The notes under the pieces are model-generated. The model was not told the DNA's origin. It saw only the letters and a program-made list of their open reading frames with translations, and searched no databases. Made by a program: the position numbers and the translations under genes. This document shows, one piece after another, positions 29,434-39,896 of a DNA stretch of 64,000 bases. Each line of letters starts with the position of its first letter. Position 1 is the first letter of the stretch. The stretch lies in the NCBI GenBank assembly GCA_963667175.2, contig CAXXXF010000006.1:128001-192000 (forward strand), given 5' to 3'. The stretch comes from Candidatus Latescibacterota bacterium. Lineage in GTDB: Bacteria; Latescibacterota; UBA2968; GCA-2709665.

Positions 29434-30336
29434 CTATTTTCCAATGTATTCCGGAAAAGCAAGTTTCCAGTTCTCGTAAATGACGTTGTGGATCACTTCG
29501 TCAGGCACGGTCGGAAAATTCGTCCCTTCCACCACGTCGTTTACCTTCCACTGGCCCGCAATCACCTGCGCCGCCGTGGCCGATGGAAAATCGGAACCGA
29601 AAATCAGTTTGTGTTCCACGCCGTATTCGATGGCCGACATGAAGGCCTGGTAGTGCCGCCGCGGCCGGTAGTGAAGCGCGGACACGTTGGTGTAGAGATT
29701 GGGGTGCTTTCGAATCAGCACCACGCACTCATCTTCCCATGGATGCCCCATGTGGGAAATGACAATGCGAAGATCCGGACACGCGATTGCAATATCCTCG
29801 AGTTGAATCGGATTCGCGTACTTCAACGGGCCGGTCCGCACGAACGAGGTACCCTGATGGATATTCAGCGGAATACCGAGCCATTCCGCCTTTTTGAAGA
29901 ACGGCAGGTGTCGGGGATCCCGTGGGTCCCAGTTCTGGTAGATCGGCGCCACCTTCAGCCCCCGCAGCCCGAGGTTTTCGACACAATGCACCAGTTGGTC
30001 AATGCAATCCGCATCGTTCGGATTGACCGAAGCCCATCCGTAGAACCGGTCCGGATGTTCATTCACGAACGCGGCCACCAGATCCTGGGGCACGTCGATT
30101 CCCACGTGCGGCGCCCGCAGACCGAACACGATCACCCGGTCGCAATCCTCGGTGGCCGCCAGCAACTGCTCGGGCCTGGCGTCGAATGCATTGCGCTCAT
30201 CGCGGGCGTCGGCGGCGAAATACACGTCGGGGGACAACCGCATCTTTGCCTTCTTGGCGGCAAGCGCGGACTCGACGAACTCATCCGACAGATGGTCCGG
30301 ATACCACAGTAAATTGGTATGGGTGTCGAAAAGCAT
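29434..30336 (-). CDS. Amidohydrolase_2 family metal-dependent hydrolase
   Basis: DTHT, GLK, IHQG, SHMG and FGSDFP motifs. Confidence 0.88.
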   Translation of the reverse strand: MLFDTHTNLLWYPDHLSDEFVESALAAKKAKMRLSPDVYFAADARDERNAFDARPEQLLAATEDCDRVIVFGLRAPHVGIDVPQDLVAAFVNEHPDRFYGWASVNPNDADCIDQLVHCVENLGLRGLKVAPIYQNWDPRDPRHLPFFKKAEWLGIPLNIHQGTSFVRTGPLKYANPIQLEDIAIACPDLRIVISHMGHPWEDECVVLIRKHPNLYTNVSALHYRPRRHYQAFMSAIEYGVEHKLIFGSDFPSATAAQVIAGQWKVNDVVEGTNFPTVPDEVIHNVIYENWKLAFPEYIGK

Positions 30337-30371
30337 GCCATGCCCCCCGTTGGCCACACGGTTGGAGGCTT

Positions 30372-31958
30372 CTACTCCAGGAACCGCCTCAGCACGTTGC
30401 CGGTAATCCTGGACAGCTCATCGCTGACCAGCAGCGAACTGATGTACGTGATCGACCCCGTCGAAAAGACGGCGCCGCCCCCGTCCGGCTCGTGAATGAC
30501 CATATGGGCGCCTCCGTCGTTTTCATTCATCCCTTTGGCAAGCAGCCTGACGTTGTCGGGCGAGAATCTGGATGAGATCTTGTCGGTTTCGTGTCCTGAC
30601 GCTCCGCCCGGAATCCGCATGTGCAGGTACTCCCTGCCGAAGAGTTCTCCGTCGTCGAGGCCCGTGCCCTCGTATGCCCAGTGGCCCGAGTCGACGACCC
30701 TGTACGGCGCGGCGGTCATGATGCCGGCATCGGTGAACACCACCCCCAGCAGGTTGGCCTCGGACTCCTGGCGCATATGCATGCGGCTTTCAAATCCGCC
30801 GCACCGCTGCTGGCGCCGGTTGCCGTTCCGGACGATCATCGCATCCTCGTCCACGAACTCCACCTCACAGTTCAGCCCGTTGCCGCCCAGATACATCAGC
30901 CTGCCGCCACGGTTGAAGACCCAGTCCTTCACCTCGTAGTACATCTTGCTGGACCAGTATTCGGGATGGGGTCCCAGGATCAATACCGCGTAGTCGTCCA
31001 GGTTCAGCGCGTCGAAGTGCAACTGGGTTTCCGAATAGAGGTCATATTCGAACCCCTCGCGTTCCAGCCACCCAAGCAACCGCCATTCCGCCGGCGCGAC
31101 GTGATTGGGCGCCCGGCCCTCGATCGGATCGGTTACCTGCTCGTCCTCCGGCACGACATTGATCGGCTCCGGACGTTCGAAGGACAGCGGCAGGTACTCC
31201 TCCGCGTCGTAATTGATGTGCTCCGGGTCGGTGTAGCGCTTCAATTCCAGCCGGGCATTGATGGTGGGTGTGGAAGGCATCCTGTCCGGATGAATATAAT
31301 TGCTGCGACCTCCAAAATTGTTATAGCAGTTCCAGTTGATGTCTGACGCCAGCACGGCCGCCTTCGCAGCCGGCTCCGCGGGCGCCACAACCCACGGAAA
31401 CGAGAAAAACAGTCCGGATTCCGTTCTGGCGTGAAAGTAGTAGAGGCCGGACCTCACGGGCGCTGCGACAAGCTGTTTGTGACCGGGGCTGGTATATCCG
31501 AACCTGTTCCACTGCGCGCCTGACTGCGTATAGTCGCCGTCGGGAGTCAGCTGGACGGTGGCCCTGGGCCCGTGCTCGTCGTACCACCCGATCGGACGGA
31601 TGAGTTCCTTCTTCCATCCGTAACGCCACAACTCCAATTTATACTGTTCGTGTGAATGCACGCGAAACTCGGACCGGTCGCCCGACTTGACGCACTTGGG
31701 CCAGACGTAGCCCATCAGGCAGTCCTTCAGCAGACGAAACTGATGGGGTTCGTCCGACGTGACTTCCACGTCGACGATTTTCGACCCGTACCCGTTGCGA
31801 GCCAGAATCACCCGATGCCGACCCGGCGTCACGTCCGCATAGACCGCGCCCGATGCCGACGAACGGGCCAGCACCGCGTTGCCAGACGGGTCCCGGAACT
31901 CCAGTGCCACGTCGGAAAGGGCGATATAGCGCTCGTCACTCACGTAACCCACCAGCAT
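30372..31958 (-). CDS. N,N-dimethylformamidase large (beta) subunit-like protein
   Basis: SGLY, YNNFGGRSNY, HPEYWS, LGGN and GHETD motifs; N-terminal beta-sandwich. Confidence 0.75.
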   Translation of the reverse strand: MLVGYVSDERYIALSDVALEFRDPSGNAVLARSSASGAVYADVTPGRHRVILARNGYGSKIVDVEVTSDEPHQFRLLKDCLMGYVWPKCVKSGDRSEFRVHSHEQYKLELWRYGWKKELIRPIGWYDEHGPRATVQLTPDGDYTQSGAQWNRFGYTSPGHKQLVAAPVRSGLYYFHARTESGLFFSFPWVVAPAEPAAKAAVLASDINWNCYNNFGGRSNYIHPDRMPSTPTINARLELKRYTDPEHINYDAEEYLPLSFERPEPINVVPEDEQVTDPIEGRAPNHVAPAEWRLLGWLEREGFEYDLYSETQLHFDALNLDDYAVLILGPHPEYWSSKMYYEVKDWVFNRGGRLMYLGGNGLNCEVEFVDEDAMIVRNGNRRQQRCGGFESRMHMRQESEANLLGVVFTDAGIMTAAPYRVVDSGHWAYEGTGLDDGELFGREYLHMRIPGGASGHETDKISSRFSPDNVRLLAKGMNENDGGAHMVIHEPDGGGAVFSTGSITYISSLLVSDELSRITGNVLRRFLE

Positions 31959-32032
31959 ATCTCACTCCCCTTTGATGGTTCTCCGTCTCGAGTCATTTCT
32001 GTCCAACCGTGACCCGCGGGCGGTCTCAACGC

Positions 32033-33433
32033 TCAGTCACGGTACGCCGGCGGATGCGATGCGCGCCAATCCGTCGCCTGTTCATACGCATAGGCCAGCC
32101 GGAGAATCGTCGCTTCGTCGTACGGCTTGCCCGTCAGCTGCAGGCCCACCGGAAGCCCCTTCGACGTAAACCCGCAGGGTACGGATATCGCGCACAGGCC
32201 CAGCCAGTTTACCAGCCGCGTAAGCAAACGCGTCGGCTCCCCGCGGTCCAGGTCGCGCAGACGCGGCGCGGAACTCAACATCGTGGGACCGGCGACGGCC
32301 TCGACGTCGGCCAGACGGGCCGCCGACGTTTGCATCATCCCGGCGCGTTTGCGCTGAATCCCGGCCAGATCGACCGCAAGCAGTCCCGGCTCGACCTCGA
32401 GACGCGCACGGACCACGGGCCCGAACGAATCCGGCGCGTCTTTCAACGCCTCGCGGTGGACAGAGACCGCCTCGGTCCTCAGAAGCCTCAGGTTGTCTTC
32501 CTCTTTTTCGGCCTGCACCGCCTCGGGAAACGGCATTTCCCTGACGTCAACGCCCAGACCGGCCAGGACCCGGATGGCGTCCTCCACAAGGGAGACGACC
32601 TCCGGATCCGCGCCGCTGAAGAAGGGCTCGCGGACCACCGCGATCCGAAGGCCGCCGACGTCCTTCTTCAACATGCCCATGACGTCGCCCACCGGCAGAT
32701 CGAGGGCCGTGGCGTCTTCGACGTCGGCGCCCGCGATCGCCGTGTACATCAGCGCGGCGTCCTCGACGCATCTGGCCATCGGGCCGATCGTGTCCAGCGT
32801 CCAGGAAAGCGGCGTCACGCCCGCCGTGCCGATACGGCCCGTCGTGGTCTTGAGGCCGACGACGCCGCAGTACGCCGCGGGAATCCGTACCGAGCCCCCG
32901 GTATCCGTGCCGATGGCCGCTGCGGCCAGACCGGCAGCGACGGCCACGCCTGACCCGCTGCTGGATCCGCCCGGAACCCTCTCGGGGTCCCACGGATTCG
33001 GAGGCGTTCCGAAATGCGGATTGATTCCGAAAGGGCCGAACGCGTATTCGACGAGATTCGTCTTGCCCAGCAACACCGCGCCCGCGCGCGCCAGCCGCTT
33101 CGCCACCGTCGAGGTCCGCGCCGGCACGTAGTCCTTCCGCGCCCAGGCGCCCGACGTCGTTCGAATGCCCGCGGTATCGCAAAGGTCCTTCAGCGCGATC
33201 GGAACGCCATGCATCGGTCCAAAGTCGTTTCCCGACCGGAGGGCCAGTTCCGCGGCCTTCGCGTCCGCCCGCGCGCGGTCCGCCGTTACGGTAATGAACG
33301 CGTTCGTCCCGGGCTGATAGCGATGGATTCGCTCCAGATACGCATCCGTTACCGCCACGGGCGAGACCTGCCCGCCGCGGTACAGCGCGGCGAGTTCCGT
33401 CGCCGTCAGAAAGTGTAGCGCTTGTTCCGCCAT
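32033..33433 (-). CDS. Amidase-signature family protein
   Basis: LKD, GKTN, GGSSSGS and GTDTGGSVRIPA motifs. Confidence 0.92.
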   Translation of the reverse strand: MAEQALHFLTATELAALYRGGQVSPVAVTDAYLERIHRYQPGTNAFITVTADRARADAKAAELALRSGNDFGPMHGVPIALKDLCDTAGIRTTSGAWARKDYVPARTSTVAKRLARAGAVLLGKTNLVEYAFGPFGINPHFGTPPNPWDPERVPGGSSSGSGVAVAAGLAAAAIGTDTGGSVRIPAAYCGVVGLKTTTGRIGTAGVTPLSWTLDTIGPMARCVEDAALMYTAIAGADVEDATALDLPVGDVMGMLKKDVGGLRIAVVREPFFSGADPEVVSLVEDAIRVLAGLGVDVREMPFPEAVQAEKEEDNLRLLRTEAVSVHREALKDAPDSFGPVVRARLEVEPGLLAVDLAGIQRKRAGMMQTSAARLADVEAVAGPTMLSSAPRLRDLDRGEPTRLLTRLVNWLGLCAISVPCGFTSKGLPVGLQLTGKPYDEATILRLAYAYEQATDWRASHPPAYRD

Positions 33434-33481
33434 AGCCGAAGGCTCATCGATCGGGTCGTTCGCACAGGTCGCATCTCGTCG

Positions 33482-33817
33482 TTAACAGCCCGGTCCCCTG
33501 ATCTCATGCCGCGCAACCTGCTCCGGTAGCAAACCGCGTGCGAATCCGTCGGGATCGGCCCGATGACCCTCGACGAGTTTACGGATCTCTTCCAGCACCC
33601 GTTCCCGATCGTACAGTCCGTACCGATAGATGTCGATGGGGCCGATCAGTTTCAGATAGAAATGGTTCCCCGCGTCGTGTTCCTCCGCGCATGCGCTTGG
33701 TTTTTGCGCAGTCTCCAGTTGTTCTTCAAACGCGTCCGCGAAGGCCGCCAGCAGCGGCTCACCCCACAGATCAGCCGGGATCTCGGGGAACCGGGTCGCC
33801 AGTTCCTGAACCGTCAT
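33482..33817 (-). CDS. Hypothetical protein
   Basis: GGAG before ATG; globular composition; in operon. Confidence 0.6.
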   Translation of the reverse strand: MTVQELATRFPEIPADLWGEPLLAAFADAFEEQLETAQKPSACAEEHDAGNHFYLKLIGPIDIYRYGLYDRERVLEEIRKLVEGHRADPDGFARGLLPEQVARHEIRGPGC

Positions 33818-34232
33818 CCGTTGTCTCCTTTCCCTGAGAACCTGTCTCCCGCAGCAATTCATCGGGAATCCGTTTGCGCCCCTGATAACCTTCCATGGGA
33901 CCGTGATAATGCGTTACGCGCTCCTCATCGCTCCGCCAGCAGAGTAACACTTCCTCGCCGTCGATTACGGCGGGAAAATCAACCAGACCGAGGTTGAAGT
34001 TAGGGTCCTTATAAGAACACCCGATGGCCTCCAGCTCCTCGAAGAATTCATTCAATGTTGCAATCAGTTTCCTGATCTCCGCATCGTCGGCCGCGGCCGG
34101 CCCCAGTTCCCCGGCAAGCTGACGCAAACGGCGCCCTGAATCCTGGATATCGGCGACAATCCTCTTCACCAGGGGCAACGTCCGGTTGGCCTCCACAGGC
34201 GTGAAAACCCTGATCTCTTTCATCCGCGCCAT
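33771..34232 (-). CDS. DUF2203 family protein
   Basis: FTPVEANRTLP...GLVDFP...LCW..DE....H...GY.GR. Confidence 0.85.
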   Translation of the reverse strand: MARMKEIRVFTPVEANRTLPLVKRIVADIQDSGRRLRQLAGELGPAAADDAEIRKLIATLNEFFEELEAIGCSYKDPNFNLGLVDFPAVIDGEEVLLCWRSDEERVTHYHGPMEGYQGRKRIPDELLRETGSQGKETTDDGSGTGDPVPRDPG

Positions 34233-34236
34233 CCCC

Positions 34237-35304
34237 TTAAGACGCTTCGCCCTGCGCGCCAGAATCCGCCGGTTGACCATCAGGGCCGGCAGCGGCGCCG
34301 GACACGAAATCGTCCAGACGTATCAATGCGCCGCCTGCGGAGGCGGACGCATTGGCTCCCAACACCGCTGCCAGACTGTTCAGCGCCTGCCCGTACCCGT
34401 TCCGCAGTCCGGACGCGTCACCCGACCGGATCGCGTCGACGAATGCCCTCGCCTGGCCGGCGAACGGATTGTCCCTGTCCGGGAGTTCGAAAATCGTCTC
34501 TCCGTTCTCCACGACCTTTTCGGCGGACCATTCCAGCAGCGAATCGTCGCACACCACAAGCACTTCCCGCCGGGAAGCATTGACGTTCGTCAGCACGCGC
34601 GAGGTCGTGACGCTGGCGACGACGCCGCTTTCGAAGCGGTAATTCACGTCGTACACGTGGGGCAGATTGATAGGCGCCGGCCCTTCTCCGGGCTTGCGAT
34701 AATAATAAAACGCCGAGACCTCCGTGACGTCACCGAGGAAGAACCTGAGCAGATCCACCATGTGGATCGTATTCTCGACGAACGATCCGCCGCATAGCTC
34801 GAAACGGCTCGTCCAGTAGCGAATATGCGCGCCGCTGTAAAGCAGTTGCACCAGCGCATGTCTCGGAGTCCGATCCGATATCCGATCCCGGATGAACGCT
34901 GCGGTCGCGTAATAGCGGCTCATGAAGCCGACCTGAGACGGAACTCCCGACTTTCTGACTGCCTCGCTGAACCGGACGGCCTGCGCGATGTCCAGGGTCT
35001 GGGGTTTCTCCACCATGACCGGGATCCCTTTTTCCGCGGCAATCAACTCGGCATCCGTATGCAGGGTAGGCGGAATGCAGATGTAGACTCCGTCCAATTC
35101 CTCTTTCTCGAACATTTCACGATGGTCCGAATATACGGCATTCGCCCCGAAGGCCCGCGCCTGACCGGCGGCCGTTTCCTCGTCGGCGTCGCAGAACGCC
35201 TGAAGGATCACCAGACCTTTATCCGCCAGTTCGGCCAGGGGCGGGAGATGGGCATTCACCGTAATGTATCCCAGACCGATAAAGCCGAGTCGAGCCGCTT
35301 CCAT
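34237..35304 (-). CDS. Gfo/Idh/MocA family oxidoreductase
   Basis: IGLG, EKP, GF..R and HMVD motifs; GAGGAG RBS. Confidence 0.9.
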   Translation of the reverse strand: MEAARLGFIGLGYITVNAHLPPLAELADKGLVILQAFCDADEETAAGQARAFGANAVYSDHREMFEKEELDGVYICIPPTLHTDAELIAAEKGIPVMVEKPQTLDIAQAVRFSEAVRKSGVPSQVGFMSRYYATAAFIRDRISDRTPRHALVQLLYSGAHIRYWTSRFELCGGSFVENTIHMVDLLRFFLGDVTEVSAFYYYRKPGEGPAPINLPHVYDVNYRFESGVVASVTTSRVLTNVNASRREVLVVCDDSLLEWSAEKVVENGETIFELPDRDNPFAGQARAFVDAIRSGDASGLRNGYGQALNSLAAVLGANASASAGGALIRLDDFVSGAAAGPDGQPADSGAQGEAS

Positions 35305-35469
35305 GCCAAGCCTCCTCGATCTCCCGGACGAGCTCCCCCGGGAGGGTCTCGCCGACCCGGTCCTGCCAGAACGCCGGCACCGCATCCAGATCCCGTCCTG
35401 TCCGGATTCTCCGAAATCGCGTTCGTTCGCGACCGGGGAGATCCATTCGGAGTAACCGTCCCTGCCGTC

Positions 35470-36153
35470 TCATCGAACGTCCCGGTAGAGACGGATCAGC
35501 CACTTGTCTGAGACCGAACATAGGTAAAGGAGTCGAATCGTCCACATCCATATGACCGACGTCACGACACCCCAGCGACGCCACCGGCGAGTGGACGTGA
35601 GGACGCTGGCTTCGAGCAGATCGAATCGACCCAGTTTACTTACAGCGGCGCAGAACTCCGCATCCTCGAAGAGGGCCACCTCGGGAAAACCAACCAAACG
35701 GTCGAAAACGGAACGCCGGACGTAGATTCCCTGGTCTCCGTAGGTCACTCCCAGAACCCTTGACCGCATCGTGGAAAGCAGGGCGATCGCCCGGAACATC
35801 CACGTATTCTCGGAAAGCCCCAACCGGAACCGGCCACCCACCACGTCCGGTTTCTCAAGCGATTCAAGGATCATCCGGATGCCGCCGGCGGGCAGAAACG
35901 TATCGGCGTGCAGAAAAAGCAGCACGTCCCCCGTGGACGACCTCGCCCCGCGGTTCATCTGTACGGATCGACAGGACCTCGGCGACGTTAGCACCCGGAC
36001 TGTCCCGGATGCCCGGACTCGCTCCCGCGTACCGTCGCAGCTGCCCCCGTCGACCACGATCACTTCAACGTTCCGTTGTCCACGGAACTGCGCGAAGCAT
36101 CCATCTATGGCGTCCGCTTCATTGACAACGGGAATAATGACACTGACCTGCAA
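35470..36153 (-). CDS. GT2 glycosyltransferase (TIGR04283-like)
   Basis: SVIIP, VDGGS.D, QMN.GA, FLHAD, YGDQG, FED and TS.RRW motifs. Confidence 0.85.
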   Translation of the reverse strand: MQVSVIIPVVNEADAIDGCFAQFRGQRNVEVIVVDGGSCDGTRERVRASGTVRVLTSPRSCRSVQMNRGARSSTGDVLLFLHADTFLPAGGIRMILESLEKPDVVGGRFRLGLSENTWMFRAIALLSTMRSRVLGVTYGDQGIYVRRSVFDRLVGFPEVALFEDAEFCAAVSKLGRFDLLEASVLTSTRRWRRWGVVTSVIWMWTIRLLYLCSVSDKWLIRLYRDVR

Positions 36154-36173
36154 CGGACTCTCGCGAAAAGAAC

Positions 36174-36755
36174 TCAACGTGCGGTGCCACGCCTTTTCAT
36201 CAGAAACCTGCGCGCGTAGCTTACGGTCGAAACCAGCAGAAGCACGGCCGACAGGTAGAGAAACGGAACCTTCAGCGGCTGCGTATCCATCGCGTAGGCA
36301 ATCAGAAGCCCACTCATCGCACAGGTGGTCAGCTTGCCCCAGATATTGGAAGAGAGCACAATGCGTTCCCGTTTGATCAGGAACAACCCGGCCAGCACAA
36401 TCGCGACGTCGCGCCCGACGACCACCACGACGACCCAGAGCGGCATCCCCTTGAAGAGCGCCAGCATGATGGCGATTGCATCGATTGCCACCTTGTCGGC
36501 CAGCGGATCCAGAATCGTTCCCCAGCGCGTCACGGTTCTCCAGCGCCTTGCGAGGTATCCGTCCAGAATATCGGTGATAATCATCACCATGACAACCGTG
36601 AACAGGACCCACCTATACGCCGGCCCCATCCAGATCATCCAGAGTACCGGCCCCGTCAACGCGGCCCGGAGCAGGCTGAGGCTGTTTGAAATCGTCCAGA
36701 ACGGATTGACCGGACGATCCTCAAAGGACGTGGAAGCGCATGCATTTTCACTCAT
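36174..36755 (-). CDS. CDP-alcohol phosphatidyltransferase (PgsA-like)
   Basis: N.LSLLR, TDILDGYLAR and G..LDPLADK motifs. Confidence 0.9.
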   Translation of the reverse strand: MSENACASTSFEDRPVNPFWTISNSLSLLRAALTGPVLWMIWMGPAYRWVLFTVVMVMIITDILDGYLARRWRTVTRWGTILDPLADKVAIDAIAIMLALFKGMPLWVVVVVVGRDVAIVLAGLFLIKRERIVLSSNIWGKLTTCAMSGLLIAYAMDTQPLKVPFLYLSAVLLLVSTVSYARRFLMKRRGTAR

Positions 36756-37411
36756 CGTTCTGCCTGTTCGCCCGGTGAGAGCGCCACACCACCCATATTG
36801 GCCAATTCGCAAAACGCGTCCCGCGCGGGCCCCCACGTGGTCAGATGATAGCTCCCGTCCGGCAACTGCTGGCTACGGGTGAAGTTCGCGAAGATGCGCG
36901 TTATTCCGTCGTGCTCCGCCCGGCTTACACGCGGTACTCCCGCCCAGGGGATGGCCAAACGCGCGCACCATCGCCCGCTCGCATCGACCTCCTCAACCGA
37001 CCACTCCAGCCCGGGTACGTCGAATTTCGACATCGTCCGCCAGTCTGTCTCCTTTTCGTCCGGGAAGTACAGATCCAGAACCGCGCCAAGGGGGTTTACC
37101 TCGATTTCGTAGTAGCCTCCGCCCGCTCGGAGGAAGACCTCCACCGCGCATTCGTTGAAGAGATCCTGGTCCCGCGCTCGCATCGTCACCGGAACCGGAG
37201 ACGGATCGGAGACGAGACACACGTAGAGGGCGTGCTCGTCCCAGAGCGCCGATGCTTCGAGGAAGAAACCGGGCGGTTCGTCATCCGTACCGAGCAGATG
37301 GAATGCCTGGTTGATCCTGCCTGCAAGCTCCCACGCTGTCCCGGAGGTCTTCCCGTCCAGTGGCGGCGGGGCGGTGACGTTCCTGCAGCAGTAAACGGGT
37401 CGCTCTCTCAT
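36752..37411 (-). CDS. Carbohydrate-binding family 9-like (DOMON-like) protein
   Basis: LWDEHALYV, VEVF, YYEIEVNPLG and IPW motifs. Confidence 0.75.
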   Translation of the reverse strand: MRERPVYCCRNVTAPPPLDGKTSGTAWELAGRINQAFHLLGTDDEPPGFFLEASALWDEHALYVCLVSDPSPVPVTMRARDQDLFNECAVEVFLRAGGGYYEIEVNPLGAVLDLYFPDEKETDWRTMSKFDVPGLEWSVEEVDASGRWCARLAIPWAGVPRVSRAEHDGITRIFANFTRSQQLPDGSYHLTTWGPARDAFCELANMGGVALSPGEQAER

Positions 37412-37509
37412 TGCGCAGCCCTTCCTTGAAAACTGATTCCATGCCATGGTCCGTTCAGGCCGTTAGACATGGCCGCGGCGCCGGCCCCGATACCGTCGCG
37501 GGGCTTGAA

Positions 37510-38250
37510 TCAACGCCGCTCGACGGGGCTCCTGTCGCCACGGGATTGCGACGTTGCAATCAGGTGAGCGAACACGCGGTCCCACACCGTGCCGGGCAAC
37601 GCTTCGGGGTGAAACTGAACGCCGATAATGCGTCCATCTTCCGTCTCGATCCCTTCAATGATCCCGTCCTCGCTTACGGCGTTCACGCGAAGGCCGACCC
37701 CGGGCCCCTCGATAGCCTGGATATGCGAGCTGTTCACCTCCAGTGTTTCACCCGGCCGGCCGGTCAGTCGGGCAAGCCAGGTATCTTCCATCGTCATCAC
37801 GTCGTGCCGCACGTGACGCCCGTCCGTGCGCCTGGCGGAGTGGGCGCGTTTGCCGAGCTGGACCTGCAGATCCGCGTATATCGCGCCGTCAAACCGGGCA
37901 TTGATGAACTGCATGCCGTAGCAGATTCCGAGTATGGGCAGGTCCCGTTCCCGGGCGTAGCGGTACGTCCAGGCATCCGTCCGGGCACGGATCGGGTCGA
38001 CGGGCGGCAGGTCTTCGGGAAGCGCGCCGATCAACCCGTCCGTTATGCCGGGACCGCCCGTAATGATCAGTCCGTCGATCAGACGCAGCACCGGCGCAAG
38101 CGCTTCCCGGCGTTCGACCATGGGCAGTAACACCGGACAACCCCCGGCCCGCTCCACCGCGCTCACGTATGCGCGCCCGACCTCCTGGCGGGATTCGCCG
38201 CCTTCCTCCGTCCTGACGCTCGTGGTGATGCCGATTACCGGCCGTGACAC
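37510..38250 (-). CDS. Peptidase C26 / gamma-glutamyl-gamma-aminobutyrate hydrolase family
   Basis: RPVIGI, GICYGMQ, VNSSH and QFHPE motifs; GTG start at 38250. Confidence 0.9.
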   Translation of the reverse strand: MSRPVIGITTSVRTEEGGESRQEVGRAYVSAVERAGGCPVLLPMVERREALAPVLRLIDGLIITGGPGITDGLIGALPEDLPPVDPIRARTDAWTYRYARERDLPILGICYGMQFINARFDGAIYADLQVQLGKRAHSARRTDGRHVRHDVMTMEDTWLARLTGRPGETLEVNSSHIQAIEGPGVGLRVNAVSEDGIIEGIETEDGRIIGVQFHPEALPGTVWDRVFAHLIATSQSRGDRSPVERR

Positions 38251-38276
38251 GCGTTTCTCCAATCGTTTCGGCGGCC

Positions 38277-38993
38277 TCAGGATACCATCAACCGGAAACC
38301 GATCACCAGCACAAGGGCCAGGATCGCCCTGTTGAACCATACAACGGACAACCGTGTGTTCATCAGGATACCGATCCCCACGCCCGCGGCAAGCGTTGGC
38401 AGCATGAAGAGATCCATCCGCCAGACTTCGAGGCCGAGGAGGCCCAGCTTCGCGTAAGCCAGCGCCTTCATCGAGTTCAGGGCCAGCCCGACCAGAACCG
38501 CGGTGGACACAAACACACGTCCGCTCAGTCCCTGAGGGATCAGATACAACATCAGAATGATGCCGCCGGAATGGGTAAGTACCGAAACAACACCCAGCGC
38601 GACCCCGGCGGTCAGGCCCGAGACGGACGGCAGCGGCGGCAGGCGGTCTTTGAAGGTCTGCAACAACCCGAATAAACATGCCAGCCCACCCAGCATCCTC
38701 CGGAACCAGAGTTCCGGGATCACGTCCAGCAACACCCAGCCTGCCAGCACCCCGATCGCCATTCCCGGCAGCAGAATGATTGCGAACCTGGCAACCCGGT
38801 ACTTCCAGTAAAATCTGATGGCAATCAGATCCGCCGCCAGCGACAGCGGAAGCATGACACCCAGAGCCAGCTTGGCAGGAATCACGAGCGCCAGCAGCGG
38901 CGTCACCACAACCCCCACTCCGCCGCCGAACCCGGCTTTCATGATGCCGATAAGCAGGCCCGCCAGGGCCAGCACCAGATGCGTAACGTCCAA
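38277..38993 (-). CDS. TauE/SafE family exporter
   Basis: KAGFGGG motif, about 8 TM helices, HSGG. Confidence 0.85.
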   Translation of the reverse strand: MDVTHLVLALAGLLIGIMKAGFGGGVGVVVTPLLALVIPAKLALGVMLPLSLAADLIAIRFYWKYRVARFAIILLPGMAIGVLAGWVLLDVIPELWFRRMLGGLACLFGLLQTFKDRLPPLPSVSGLTAGVALGVVSVLTHSGGIILMLYLIPQGLSGRVFVSTAVLVGLALNSMKALAYAKLGLLGLEVWRMDLFMLPTLAAGVGIGILMNTRLSVVWFNRAILALVLVIGFRLMVS

Positions 38994-39186
38994 ATGGCCC
39001 CCTGTCTCTGGCGATTACCGGGCTCGGGTACCTCTGTTGCAGACGGCAACTGTAAATCGACTGCATGCCCCTTTCGACGTCGCGGAAAAATCCTGCAGAC
39101 GCCCGGGCGACAGAATTGCAAAGTATAACATACGCGGAAACCGGTGAAAAGACAAAATCAAGCCTCTTTCGCCGGCCGCATCGACC

Positions 39187-39215
39187 TTGACAGCCGGCAT
39201 CGCTGTGTATATGTT
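39187..39215 (+). promoter_or_regulatory. Sigma70-type promoter, back-to-back with an extended -10 (TGnTATACT) on the minus strand near 39122-39130
   Basis: TTGACA-17 nt-TATGTT. Confidence 0.5.
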
Positions 39216-39347
39216 TGGCCCTGAACAATCGTACTCGACTCTCACGGAACGTCGTTTCTGACCCGCGTGCAGTTGGCGGGCGCGTCCTGCCGCAAGCACG
39301 TACAGCGCGTCCCGGCCAAACCAGTACCGGCAATCGGGAGTCCTATT

Positions 39348-39896
39348 GTGGCAACGACCTGGAAGCGCCTCCTCAGATTCCGATGTACCCGCTGCGGAAA
39401 CTGCTGCAGGGAACCCGTCGCTCTGGTGACGGACGAGGATATCCGGCGCATCGCGCTCAATACGGGCCGGACCGCCGGGGAGATCGTCGATTTCTACGCA
39501 CAGGATGAAATCGACTGGAATCTCTCGAATCCGGGATGGATCAGACTCGGCGACGAACACCGCATCCTTGGCTTGCGCCGGAATGAAGGCGGCTGCCGAT
39601 TCCTGGGGAAAGACGACCTCTGTAGCATCTATGAATTCCGCCCGGTTACCTGTCGCCGGTATCCGTTCAACGTCGAGTTTGACACCCTCGGCGGGATCGC
39701 GTACCTGGACATCAGCGACGCGGTCGAATGTCCGTATGAACTGGACGGCCGCAACTCGCCTGATCAGATCAGAGCCGTGTGCGATTGGGAAGAAACAGAG
39801 GAACAACCTTACTTCGAGAGGGTCGAATCCTGGAACAGAAAGGGAAAGACAGGGGGGGAAACCGAATTCTTGAGGTACCTGGGATTCGACGAGTGA
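39348..39896 (+). CDS. YkgJ-family cysteine-cluster protein
   Basis: FRCTRCGNCC...CRFL...CSIYEFRPVTCRRYPF...C. Confidence 0.88.
   Translation: MATTWKRLLRFRCTRCGNCCREPVALVTDEDIRRIALNTGRTAGEIVDFYAQDEIDWNLSNPGWIRLGDEHRILGLRRNEGGCRFLGKDDLCSIYEFRPVTCRRYPFNVEFDTLGGIAYLDISDAVECPYELDGRNSPDQIRAVCDWEETEEQPYFERVESWNRKGKTGGETEFLRYLGFDE

Noticed and set aside
32033-33433. gatA assignment
   Set aside because: No gatB or gatC nearby and the context is catabolic; kept as a generic amidase.
37510-39333. 607-aa ORF suggesting a large N-terminal fusion on the C26 peptidase
   Set aside because: The extension overlaps the TauE gene in another frame and is compositionally implausible; the real start is near 38250.
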